DNA of 64,000 nucleotides from Deltaproteobacteria bacterium (GTDB taxonomy: Bacteria > Myxococcota_A > Polyangia > Polyangiales > Houyiibacteriaceae). Both the position numbers and the translations under genes were made by a program. This document shows positions 36,677-46,219 of this stretch, piece after piece. The stretch spans positions 5,973 to 69,972 of the forward strand of contig JAFDAJ010000008.1 in assembly GCA_019313915.1 (NCBI GenBank). The letters are read 5' to 3'. Numbering within the stretch: the first letter of the stretch is position 1; every line of letters starts with the position of its first letter. Below the pieces are notes generated by a model. The model saw only the letters and a program-made list of their open reading frames with translations. It had not been told where the DNA came from and ran no database searches.

Positions 36677-39036
36677 GGTGCTACCGGTTCTGACTCCTGC
36701 GTTGGCTCCTCGGCCGGGGATGGCTCCGCTTGCGGACTGGATTCGGGTTCCGGCTGAGGCTCCGGGTCCGATTCGGGGTCTGGTTCGGGCTCGGGAGGAA
36801 GCTTCGCGTTGGGTTCCAAGATTGTGATCGCTGATCTGGCGGCGGCAGCGTGGGTGCCTGACGGACGCCGTTTTACGTAAGTGTAATATGCCGAGACCGC
36901 TTCTTCATTCCGCCCGAGCCGCTCGTAGGTCTTTGCAAGATTGAAATAGCCGTCGGGATGCCCGCGTTGGGCCGCCACGCGAAAATAACGGAGCGCGGAA
37001 TCGAAGTCCTCAATGCGCGTCGACACGTGGCCGAGGCCATCCATCGCGTCCGCCGACCCGGGACGAGCCTCCAAGGCACTGTCGAAGAAGGCTCGGGCAC
37101 GGGAGTAATTTCCCCCGGCAAGCTCTGCGCGCCCCTGTCGCATGTACCATTCATAATCCCGCACCGGCGGTCGCCCATCGACAAAGGCATCGTCCCCGGC
37201 AGCCTTCGCGAGTTGGTCGTACTCGTCATACGCGGGCTTCTTCGAAGCTTTCCGCTTCTTGGCAGGCACCCGCCGCTTCCGAGCTGGCTTCTCCACGACC
37301 GCCTTCGTTGCAGTTCCAGCTTCAGCCGCAGTTCCAGTCTCTGCTCCTGTCTCTGCCGCTGTCTCTGCCGCTGTCTCTGCCGCTGTCTCTGCCGCTGTCT
37401 CTGCTTCCGTCCCTGCCGCTGCCTCTGTCCCCGCCTCCGCCGCAACCCCCGCGTCCGCCACTGCCTCAGCCTCAGCGCTCACGATTTCAGCCATCAACTT
37501 GGCAGCCACCGGATGTGCGGGACGGTCCGCAAGGATGGTCTCCAACGGGACACGAGCGTCCACGTCCTCGCCTGCGGCGCGCTGAGCGCGAGCAAGCAGC
37601 AGCAGGTACGGGACTCCGTCGGGCGCAAGCTCGGCCGCCTGCTTCGCGCTTCGGAGGCCATTTTCCAAACCTCCGTTGGATTCGGCAGCGCTCAGTCGCG
37701 CGTCGACGCGAAAGAACTCCGCCGTCCGGCTAAACGACATGGACCGCGCCTCTTCCAAGACAATGCGCGCCTCGGCGATGTCCCCGGCCAATCGCAGCGC
37801 ATCCGTTAGGGCAAGCTTCGCATCGAGGTCCCGCGGCTCGATCTCTACGGCACTTTGCGCCGTCGTGAGCGCCGCGGCGGACAGACTCTCGATGCTTTCG
37901 CCGGGAGCGCCGTCATCGATCTGCGCCTGGGCCGCAAGCGCATACGCGTGAGAGAGCCCGGCAAGAATCTCGGGGTCACGGTCTCCGCCGGCCTCGATCG
38001 AGTGGCCGTACGCTTCGATCGCGCCCGCGTACGCCTTCGGATGCCCTTCGGCAAGGCCAGCGTGGCCCTCGCTAACGCCTGCCGCGATCAACGCCGGGTC
38101 ACTGCCGATGCCGAACAGCCGAGCCACGCGCTCCCACTGCGTCCCCATCAACGCGAGCCCGCCCACAGCCACGATCAGTAGAAGCCAGCGCAACGGCGAA
38201 GACCCCCGCCCCGGCAGCTCCGGAATGTCGTCATCGTCCTCGTAGTACGCTGGCGGCGGCGTGCTCCGGCGTGCAGAAGACCCCGAAACCACACGAGGCG
38301 CCTCCTGAAACTCCGCGTCCTCGATCTCGGCAGGAGGGGGCATGGACGGGGAAACATAGGGCGACTGATAAGTCGGCTCCGGCCCCGGCTCGGTCACTGC
38401 CACTGCCTCTGTGCCGGACTCCGACACTGCCTCTACCTCTGTCCCGGGCTCCGACACTGACGCGGACTCTGCCTCTGGCGCGGACCCTGCCTCTGTCCCG
38501 GGCTCCGACACTGACGCGGACTCTGCCTCTGGCGCGGACCCTGCCGCTGCCCCCGTCTCCTCGATGACCCTCGCCACCGGCATCACCCCAAGCAATGTCG
38601 GCTGCCGTGGACGTTTCCCCGGCGGCAAGCTCGAGTCCTTCTCGGTCGGTGCGGGAGGAACCGGCGATGGGGGAAGCGGTGAGCGGATGTCTCGGGATGG
38701 GACCTTAGCTCCGGCCGCCTGGAAGAAGGTTTCGAGCTCCGGAATGGATCCGAGGGTCTTCCAGTCTTCCTCGCCTCGAGCGATTTCGCTTGCCGGGGTT
38801 AGCTCGCCCGTGGCGATGCGCCGCTGTAGCTCGCGCAGCGTATCGATTGTATCGATCGAGCCGTCTTTCAACTTGAGGCGCCAACTGCTGGTCGCCCGGT
38901 CCGCCTCTTCTTGGGCTCTCGGGTAGACCTTGAAAACATGCCCACAGTTGGTGCACTTAACGCTGGTTCCGCGCCCGGAAAGCAGGGTCTCGTCAAACTC
39001 GTATTCGGTGCCACAGCGCTCGCAAGTTACGTCCAT
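36673..39036 (-). CDS. MJ0042-type zinc-ribbon / GYF-like / single-TM / TPR-repeat protein with low-complexity repeat tracts
   Basis: N-terminal CERCGTEYEF...VKCTNCGHVFKV zinc ribbon. GYF_2-like WRLKLKDGSIDTIDTLRELQRRIATGEL...WKTLGSIPEL. TM helix LRWLLLIVAVGGLALMG. TPR-like C-terminal half. ATGA overlap with the sppA start. Confidence 0.8.
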   Translation of the reverse strand: MDVTCERCGTEYEFDETLLSGRGTSVKCTNCGHVFKVYPRAQEEADRATSSWRLKLKDGSIDTIDTLRELQRRIATGELTPASEIARGEEDWKTLGSIPELETFFQAAGAKVPSRDIRSPLPPSPVPPAPTEKDSSLPPGKRPRQPTLLGVMPVARVIEETGAAAGSAPEAESASVSEPGTEAGSAPEAESASVSEPGTEVEAVSESGTEAVAVTEPGPEPTYQSPYVSPSMPPPAEIEDAEFQEAPRVVSGSSARRSTPPPAYYEDDDDIPELPGRGSSPLRWLLLIVAVGGLALMGTQWERVARLFGIGSDPALIAAGVSEGHAGLAEGHPKAYAGAIEAYGHSIEAGGDRDPEILAGLSHAYALAAQAQIDDGAPGESIESLSAAALTTAQSAVEIEPRDLDAKLALTDALRLAGDIAEARIVLEEARSMSFSRTAEFFRVDARLSAAESNGGLENGLRSAKQAAELAPDGVPYLLLLARAQRAAGEDVDARVPLETILADRPAHPVAAKLMAEIVSAEAEAVADAGVAAEAGTEAAAGTEAETAAETAAETAAETAAETGAETGTAAEAGTATKAVVEKPARKRRVPAKKRKASKKPAYDEYDQLAKAAGDDAFVDGRPPVRDYEWYMRQGRAELAGGNYSRARAFFDSALEARPGSADAMDGLGHVSTRIEDFDSALRYFRVAAQRGHPDGYFNLAKTYERLGRNEEAVSAYYTYVKRRPSGTHAAAARSAITILEPNAKLPPEPEPDPESDPEPQPEPESSPQAEPSPAEEPTQESEPVAP
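37347..37394. repeat. Intragenic tandem repeat: 12-bp unit CTGTCTCTGCCG x4 (plus degenerate flanking copies)
   Basis: Four perfect copies read directly. They encode (AETA)n on the minus strand within the zinc-ribbon/TPR gene. Confidence 0.9.
38437..38544. repeat. Intragenic perfect tandem duplication: 54-bp unit x2
   Basis: 38437-38490 and 38491-38544 are identical (CTCTGTCCCGGGCTCCGACACTGACGCGGACTCTGCCTCTGGCGCGGACCCTGC). They encode the duplicated SAPEAESASVSEPGTEAG peptide. Confidence 0.95.
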
Positions 39037-39113
39037 CAGTCGAGAAGCCCCCCAGGCTCATGAGTGTGTGCGGTTGGTAGCCATCGCCAATCGTTGCTAG
39101 GAGAAGGCGTCAG

Positions 39114-39785
39114 ATGCGTCGGGACCTGGCTGCACTCATCGATCATACCCTCTTGCGACCCGACGCGGTCCGGGCGGACTTCGCGCGCTTGTGCAAGGAG
39201 GCTATCCAGCACAGCTTTGCAACCGTCTGTGTCAACTCGGCCCACGTGGCGCTTTGTACCTCACTGCTGGCGGACCGCCAGCTCCCCATCGCGGCCACCG
39301 TGAGCTTCCCGCTCGGGGCCGGCAACTCAGCCGGGAAGGCCGCCGAAGCCGCTCAGGCGGTGCTCGACGGCGCCTCGGAAATCGACATGGTGTGCCAGAT
39401 CGGCGCTCTCAAGGACGGTCTCGAAGCTCTGTTCATCGACGACATTCGGCGGGTGGTCGATGCGGCGGAGGGTAGGCCGGTCAAGGTCATCCTCGAAACC
39501 TGCCTGCTCTCCCAAGACGAGAAGAGGCGTGGGGCCCAATGGACACGTGTCGCGGGTGCTGCCTTCGTGAAGACTTCTACCGGATTTAGTGATGGCGGAG
39601 CAACGGAAGACGACGTGCGCTTGCTCCGCGCAGAGGTGGGACCCGACTTTGGCGTGAAGGCATCTGGCGGGATTCGCGACACGGCCACGGCAGACAATAT
39701 GATCGCGGCGGGCGCCAGTCGCCTGGGCACGAGCGCTGGGGTGATGATCGTGACAGAATCCAAGATGCAAGGCAGGGGATACTGA
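39114..39785 (+). CDS. deoC: Deoxyribose-phosphate aldolase
   Basis: LIDHTLLRPDA, VCVNS and the Schiff-base lysine context FVKTSTGF. Confidence 0.9.
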   Translation: MRRDLAALIDHTLLRPDAVRADFARLCKEAIQHSFATVCVNSAHVALCTSLLADRQLPIAATVSFPLGAGNSAGKAAEAAQAVLDGASEIDMVCQIGALKDGLEALFIDDIRRVVDAAEGRPVKVILETCLLSQDEKRRGAQWTRVAGAAFVKTSTGFSDGGATEDDVRLLRAEVGPDFGVKASGGIRDTATADNMIAAGASRLGTSAGVMIVTESKMQGRGY

Positions 39786-39786
39786 G

Positions 39787-40425
39787 ATGGCGGTTCAGTC
39801 GGTCACAGACGCAACTTTTGAAGCGGAAGTTCTTCGTTCGGAGCTTCCCGTCCTCGTGGACCTCTACGCCGATTGGTGCCAGCCCTGTAAGCAGGTTTCG
39901 CCCATCGTCGAACAGGTCGCCCAAGAGCTGGTCGGCAAGATCAAAGTCGTCAAAGTCGACGTCGACAGCAACCCGATGGTCGCTCAGACCTTCCGTGCCC
40001 AGTCGATCCCGATGTTGCTGGTGATCGCCGAGGGCAGGGTGGCGCAGCAACACGTCGGCGCACTCGATAGGCCCGGGATACTGCGCCTGCTCGAACCCGT
40101 GATGCCGCGCGCCGCAGCTGAGGTCAGCCCCGAGGAGCTCGCGCTCTGGTTGACCCAGGGCAAGGCTCTCCCCGTCGACATCCGCGACGCCGCGTCGTAC
40201 GCGCGCTATCGGATTCCTTCGGCAATTCACGTTCCGACAGGCGAGCTTGCGAGTCGAGTCGAAGAGCTCCAGCCGTTCGACGGTCGCATCCGAGTCCTTT
40301 ACGGCCGCAGCGAAGAGGCCAAGGAGTGGAGCGAGAAGCTGCAAGCCGATGGCGTGCAGGTCGGTTTCCTCGCAGGCGGGTTTCTTCATTGGGAAGCCGA
40401 CGGTCTCGAGGTAGAGCGCGGTTGA
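39787..40425 (+). CDS. Thioredoxin fused to a rhodanese-homology domain lacking the catalytic Cys
   Basis: WCQPCK active site in a complete Trx fold (aa 1-~105). C-terminal rhodanese-like PVDIRDAASYARYRIPSAIHVP...RVLYGRSEEA...LAGGFLHW, where the usual active-site Cys position is Gly. Confidence 0.8.
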   Translation: MAVQSVTDATFEAEVLRSELPVLVDLYADWCQPCKQVSPIVEQVAQELVGKIKVVKVDVDSNPMVAQTFRAQSIPMLLVIAEGRVAQQHVGALDRPGILRLLEPVMPRAAAEVSPEELALWLTQGKALPVDIRDAASYARYRIPSAIHVPTGELASRVEELQPFDGRIRVLYGRSEEAKEWSEKLQADGVQVGFLAGGFLHWEADGLEVERG

Positions 40426-40505
40426 AGCGGTCTCTTCAGGTCGTCCACGATTCCGGCGAGCCGCCGGTTGGGGCGTCACGGACGGTGGCCATTGAAGGCA
40501 GGCGA

Positions 40506-40766
40506 GTGTCGATTGCGGACACCAGCGACGGCGGTCCGAGCCTTCGCTTCCTCGAGCTGCTCGTGAAGGCGGGCGCGGCTCGTGTCGAGCCGGAGGACGA
40601 CACGAAAACCGACATGCGCGTCGTCATTCGGGGGACACCCCAAACCCCCGAAGCACGGCTTCGCGCAGAGGTCATGGAGGAGGCTGCGGACGTGGTTCTC
40701 GGTTCCGCTCGCCCAGCTTTTGCAGGGCTTTTCGCATCGGCTTGCGCCCGTTGGGTGAACAGCTAG
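40506..40766 (+). CDS. Possible small hypothetical protein (~86 aa, GTG start)
   Basis: This is the only frame in the 368-nt gap with protein-like composition and high third-position GC. GTG 40506 is preceded by a GAAGGCAGG purine-rich stretch. The track ORF (40326-40766) overlaps the Trx gene. No motif recognised. Confidence 0.25.
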   Translation: MSIADTSDGGPSLRFLELLVKAGAARVEPEDDTKTDMRVVIRGTPQTPEARLRAEVMEEAADVVLGSARPAFAGLFASACARWVNS

Positions 40767-40793
40767 GTTGCCGCCCGACCTTCAAGCTCGAAA

Positions 40794-41951
<1,158 letters not shown>

Positions 41952-41968
41952 GGCGTCGAGGCTGCTCG

Positions 41969-43141
41969 CTACGGCTTGCAGTGCGGCAACCGTCCGTCCA
42001 CCAGCTCCACGTTCATCCGAATCTGCTGCTTGGCTTTCGGCGTCATGTAGACCTTGCAGTCGGAACCCACGATCACCGCCTCGGCCGGGTAGGCGATCCG
42101 GCTCAACATCCTGAGTGCCTTCTCCGGTCCCAGTACGAAAGCTGCCGTACTCAAGGCGTCGGCATAGATGCCCTCCGACGTCATGATCGTCACCGAGAGC
42201 GACTTGTCCGCGGGGCGGCCGGTCTTGGTGTCGATGATGTGATGCCAGCGCTTGCCCGATCCGTCGAAAACCGCGTGCTCATAGTCGCCGGACGTCGAAA
42301 AGGAGGCCCCCGTGGACTCGAGGGCGGCAAAGTACGTGCTCGGATCACGGGGGTGTTGGATGCCGACGCGCCACGGCCGGCCGTCCCGCTCGCCGTGGAC
42401 TTGTACTTGGCCGCCGCCGAAGATCATGTAGTTCTCTATGCCGCCGCCTCGCAGGACCGCGCCTGCATTGTCTAGTGCGTAGCCCTTGGCGATGCCGCCG
42501 GTTCCGATGGCCATCCCGCGCTTCTTCAAGAATACGGTCTTGTACTTCTTGCTGACGCGGATGTTCTTATAGCTGATCAACACGAGGCGTGGCTTGATCT
42601 CCTGCGGCGTAGGGATCTTGATCGAGTCGGGACGAAAATCGTAGAGACCCCACAACCCTGCCCACGAAAGATCAAACGCACCCCTCGACCACATCGATAC
42701 GTCCATCCCGGCGTCGACGACGCGCAACGCGTCGTCACCAACTTTCACAGACTTCTTTCCGGCGAGGCTATTCACTTTCGAAATGTCGCTATCGTCGCGC
42801 CATTCGGAGAGCACGTTCTCCAAGCGTTCGACTTCTTCAAACGCTTGCCGGATCACGTTCTCCGTGTTGGGCGGCGGGTTGGCGACTTGGATACGAAACA
42901 CCGTGCTCATCAACGGGCGTGTTCGCGAAAGCAGGCTCGCGGGCGTCTCGTTCGGCGCGTCGCCGGGGGGAAGCGGCTCGATCGTGGCGCTATTGCTTTG
43001 GCAACCGATTCCAAGCGCGAGCAATATGACCGCGGCGCACGCGCGAGGTGGGCCCTGTGACACGGCGCAACTTTCGTCGTGAACACCCCCGAGGTCAACC
43101 CGGCTTGCGCTTTGTCGCACGATTGGTACTCCTGTCCCCAT
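41969..43141 (-). CDS. apbE: FAD:protein FMN transferase ApbE lipoprotein
   Basis: ApbE core (SKVNSLAGK..., GGIAKGYALD, FSTSGDYEH, HIIDTKTGRP). Lipobox LLALGIGC. The start is uncertain: ATG 43141 or GTG 43063. The track ORF extends to 43366 through non-protein-like sequence. Confidence 0.8.
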   Translation of the reverse strand: MGTGVPIVRQSASRVDLGGVHDESCAVSQGPPRACAAVILLALGIGCQSNSATIEPLPPGDAPNETPASLLSRTRPLMSTVFRIQVANPPPNTENVIRQAFEEVERLENVLSEWRDDSDISKVNSLAGKKSVKVGDDALRVVDAGMDVSMWSRGAFDLSWAGLWGLYDFRPDSIKIPTPQEIKPRLVLISYKNIRVSKKYKTVFLKKRGMAIGTGGIAKGYALDNAGAVLRGGGIENYMIFGGGQVQVHGERDGRPWRVGIQHPRDPSTYFAALESTGASFSTSGDYEHAVFDGSGKRWHHIIDTKTGRPADKSLSVTIMTSEGIYADALSTAAFVLGPEKALRMLSRIAYPAEAVIVGSDCKVYMTPKAKQQIRMNVELVDGRLPHCKP

Positions 43142-43925
43142 GCCGGGCGTGTTCGGGGTGCGGTGGGGCCGCCTGTTGTTGGTACTGACCTGCTTTTCAG
43201 TGTCTTTGGTGTCTCTAGTCTCTCTCTCGCGGCGCGCAGCCGCGTTCGGTGATGCGACCGCAGTCGAGATCGTCTCCCTCAATGTCGGAAACGGCGGTGA
43301 CGACGTCCGAAACGTGACCGAGCGATTCGCTTGGGAGGTACGCAAACGGTCGAGCGTCGAACCCATCCTCGAACCGGGACGGGCCAGGCTCGATAAAGCG
43401 TCCCTTTTTCGAAGCCCGTTCGTCTACTGGCGAGGGAGCGAAGAGTTTCCGCCGCTCAGCGAGGAAGCCATCGAAGGCCTCCGCAAGTACATCCATCGCG
43501 GCGGGTTCATCCTGATCGACGACGCCACTGCGGGCGCTGAAGGTTTTGATCGCGCGGTTCGCCGCGAGCTCCTTCGCGCGTTCCCGGCGCTTCCTCTGAA
43601 ACCCATTTCGGCTGATCACACGATCTACCGTTCGTTCTATCTTCTTCAAAGGCCCGTCGGGCGCGTGCAGGGCCCGTCGTTTCTCGAAGGCATCACCTAT
43701 GGCGACCGCATCGCTATCGTGTACTCACGGCACGACGTGGGGGGCGCATTTCAGCGCGATAGGCTCGGCGCATGGAGTCAGGCGGTCGTGCCCGGTGGTG
43801 AGGCACAGCGCGAGCGTGCAATCCGTCTGGGGGTGAACTTGGTGCTCTACGCGCTCTGCACCGACTACAAGGACGACCAAGTGCACGCGCCCTTCATCAT
43901 GCGGCGACGGGGCTCGGGTCGCTGA
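43140..43925 (+). CDS. DUF4159-domain protein (Bat/aerotolerance-operon-associated family)
   Basis: Signal/TM N-terminus. Core PFVYWRGSEEFPPLSEEAIEGLRKYIHRGGFILIDDA...FDRAVRRELLRAFP...DHTIYRSFYLL matches my recollection of the DUF4159 pattern. Confidence 0.7.
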   Translation: MPGVFGVRWGRLLLVLTCFSVSLVSLVSLSRRAAAFGDATAVEIVSLNVGNGGDDVRNVTERFAWEVRKRSSVEPILEPGRARLDKASLFRSPFVYWRGSEEFPPLSEEAIEGLRKYIHRGGFILIDDATAGAEGFDRAVRRELLRAFPALPLKPISADHTIYRSFYLLQRPVGRVQGPSFLEGITYGDRIAIVYSRHDVGGAFQRDRLGAWSQAVVPGGEAQRERAIRLGVNLVLYALCTDYKDDQVHAPFIMRRRGSGR

Positions 43926-43928
43926 GGT

Positions 43929-46145
43929 TTGCGCGTGGCGGATTGGCAGTGGCAGCTCGGAATCCTCGGAGGGAGCACGACGGCGTGGGTAATCGGGCTC
44001 GCACTGTTCGCGCTTTGGCTCGTCGAGCTTCGCTCCATTCGCGGCGAAAGCGATAGACGGCGGCGGTTTGCGCTGGCGTCGCTTGGGGGCGTCGCCATCT
44101 TAGCGGTCTACCTTCTGGCGCTGCAGATCACTCTGTTCCGCGAGACTTTCGAGGACGTCGCCGGCAGCACAGGCATCCTCATCGACAACTCACGGAGCAT
44201 GACACTGTCCGGCGCGAGCGGCCCGCGGAGTGACGCGGTGCGCGCCTTGATCAACGAGTGGCAGGACGACGACCGGGTCAACCCGGTGGTGTACCTGTTC
44301 GGCTCCAGCACCCGCGGCGCTATTTGGAGTGGGCTTGGTGAGAGCTATGAGCCTTCTGATGACGAGACCAACATCCGCGAGGCGCTCGACTACGTTCTGG
44401 CGAAGGGCGCGGACCAAGACCTCGGATCGCTCGTCGTGATCACCGATGGATCCGACGCGAGCTTCCGGGCCGATACCCTTGCCCTTGGTTCCGGGGCGCC
44501 TGTGATTCATACCATCGTCGTTGGTGGAGACGACCCGATCGATGACCAAGCCATCGTGTCGTTGCACGCCGACACGACCGCCTACGTCGGCGTCCCCGCC
44601 GTAATTCGAGCCGATGTGCGCGCCGTGGGTGACTTGCGACGACATGAGCTTCGGGTGCAGCTGTGGCACGAGAGCCGGCTCGAACAGGAGACCATCGCGG
44701 AGCTCGATGAAGCCGGCCGGGGCACCGTGGCCTTCGAGATGACTCCGCAACGTATTGGGAGGGCGCTCTACCGAGTCTTGATTCCGGCGGCTTCGAACGA
44801 CGAGGTGCCGCAGAACAATAACAGGGCGGCGCTCTTGCGGGTCGGCCGGGAACGGCTGCGCGCGCTGCTCGTCGCTGGACGGCCGAGTTGGGATGTTCGC
44901 TTTCTCCGTGACTTCCTCAAGCGCGACGGCTCCATTGACCTGGTGTCGTTTTTCATTCTGCGGGCCGCCGCCGATCTGACCGCCGCACCGACCAACGAGT
45001 TGGCGTTGATTCCGTTTCCGACGGACGAGCTCTTCCGCGAGCACCTTGGCAGCTTCGACGTCGTGATTTTCCAGAACTTCGACTACGCGCCTTACGAGAT
45101 GCAGACCTATCTGCCACGCATCCGAGACTACGTGCACCGTGGGGGCTCTTTCCTCATGATTGGTGGCGATCGATCGTTTGCCGAGGGCCGTTACGCAGGC
45201 ACCGCGATCGAGGAGATTTTGCCGGTGAAGGTTGGGGCGCCGGGGGTGCTCAAGGGGAGCTATCGGGCCGAGGTGAACAAGCAGCTGGCACGACATCCAA
45301 TTGTGGCGCTTGGTCCCGATCCAGCGCTGACCAGGCAGACGTGGAGGATGCTTCCCGCTTTGCATGGCGCCAACATGGTCGGCGCAGTCAAAGAGGAAGC
45401 ACAGGTGCTGTTGCGCCACCCGCGAGCGAGGCTCCGCAACGGGGCACCGCTTCCGATTCTCGTCGTGAGCGACTCTGGCAGAGGACGCGTCGCGGCAATG
45501 ACGACCGACGCGTCGTGGCGTTGGCGGTTTGCCGCGGACAACGCCACGGTTGGTTCGGATGAATACGAGCTGTTCTGGGACCGGATGATTCGCTGGCTCA
45601 CGCGCGATCCGCTCCTAGAACCGGCGAGGATCTCGACGGACCGGGAGCGCTACGGTGTTGGCGGCGACCTCGTGGTCTCGGGGAGGCTCCGAGACGACAG
45701 CTATCGGCCGATGAAGAACGCGCGCGTGCAGCTGCATTTCCAGCCTGCAGTGGATCTCGAGCCTGTCGCGGCCCTCAGCACCGATCAAGACGGAGAGCTC
45801 CAGACCACCGTCAGCGCACCTGTCGAGCCCGGAGCCTATGAGATCATCGCCTCCGTGGACGGCAAGGAGGTGGCGCGAGAGGTGTTCGTCGTCGAGGAGA
45901 GCGGAGACGAGCTCGCAGATCTAGAGGCCATGCCGGAGGAGCTCCGGGCGGTCGCAGACAGGACGGGAGGCCGAGTGTTCCTGGGCACCGGAGATGTCCC
46001 GGCGCTGTCCAAGCTGGCGTCGACGAGCCGGCGGGCAGCGGGCCTCGTCTCGAAGCAGCCGCTGTCCAATCCCTGGTTCATCTTCTTCACGGTCCTACTC
46101 CTGGGGGCTACCTGGGTGTTGCGGAGGCGCTGGGGACGACGATAA
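43929..46145 (+). CDS. Membrane-anchored vWA-domain protein with glutamine-amidotransferase-like middle domain (BatB/DUF1355-like)
   Basis: N-terminal TM helices. MIDAS-like DNSRS (GILIDNSRSM) and VVITDGSD. GGSFLMIGGDRSF segment. C-terminal TM helix plus basic tail. TTG/GTG start 4 nt after the DUF4159 stop. Confidence 0.7.
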   Translation: MRVADWQWQLGILGGSTTAWVIGLALFALWLVELRSIRGESDRRRRFALASLGGVAILAVYLLALQITLFRETFEDVAGSTGILIDNSRSMTLSGASGPRSDAVRALINEWQDDDRVNPVVYLFGSSTRGAIWSGLGESYEPSDDETNIREALDYVLAKGADQDLGSLVVITDGSDASFRADTLALGSGAPVIHTIVVGGDDPIDDQAIVSLHADTTAYVGVPAVIRADVRAVGDLRRHELRVQLWHESRLEQETIAELDEAGRGTVAFEMTPQRIGRALYRVLIPAASNDEVPQNNNRAALLRVGRERLRALLVAGRPSWDVRFLRDFLKRDGSIDLVSFFILRAAADLTAAPTNELALIPFPTDELFREHLGSFDVVIFQNFDYAPYEMQTYLPRIRDYVHRGGSFLMIGGDRSFAEGRYAGTAIEEILPVKVGAPGVLKGSYRAEVNKQLARHPIVALGPDPALTRQTWRMLPALHGANMVGAVKEEAQVLLRHPRARLRNGAPLPILVVSDSGRGRVAAMTTDASWRWRFAADNATVGSDEYELFWDRMIRWLTRDPLLEPARISTDRERYGVGGDLVVSGRLRDDSYRPMKNARVQLHFQPAVDLEPVAALSTDQDGELQTTVSAPVEPGAYEIIASVDGKEVAREVFVVEESGDELADLEAMPEELRAVADRTGGRVFLGTGDVPALSKLASTSRRAAGLVSKQPLSNPWFIFFTVLLLGATWVLRRRWGRR

Positions 46146-46219
46146 ACGCCAGCTCCACGTGAGGCGCTCATCGTGGCTGGACATCCCCGCCCGACATCCT
46201 AGAGATATCCGTCTCGCCC

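Noticed and set aside
37296-37460. Short tandem repeats (and the repeats at 38400-38545), considered as a possible CRISPR or minisatellite locus.
   Set aside because: The units are contiguous with no unique spacers, are 12 and 54 bp long (multiples of 3), and lie in frame inside a long ORF encoding low-complexity peptide repeats. There are no cas genes.
40436-40675. 79-aa minus-strand ORF in the Trx-citrate synthase gap.
   Set aside because: S/R/T-rich composition typical of the antisense of a GC-rich coding frame. The plus-strand frame looks more protein-like.
43142-43366. N-terminal 75-aa extension of the ApbE ORF, which would overlap the DUF4159 gene start region.
   Set aside because: The extension is R/T/S/P-rich and precedes the lipoprotein signal peptide. 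An internal ATG (43141) or GTG (43063) gives a normal lipobox-containing precursor.
46146-46219. Looked for a LexA/SOS box upstream of the double-uvrA gene.
   Set aside because: I found no palindrome or GTTC-type motif resembling the LexA boxes I know for delta-proteobacteria/myxobacteria. Absence by eye is weak evidence, so no claim is made either way.
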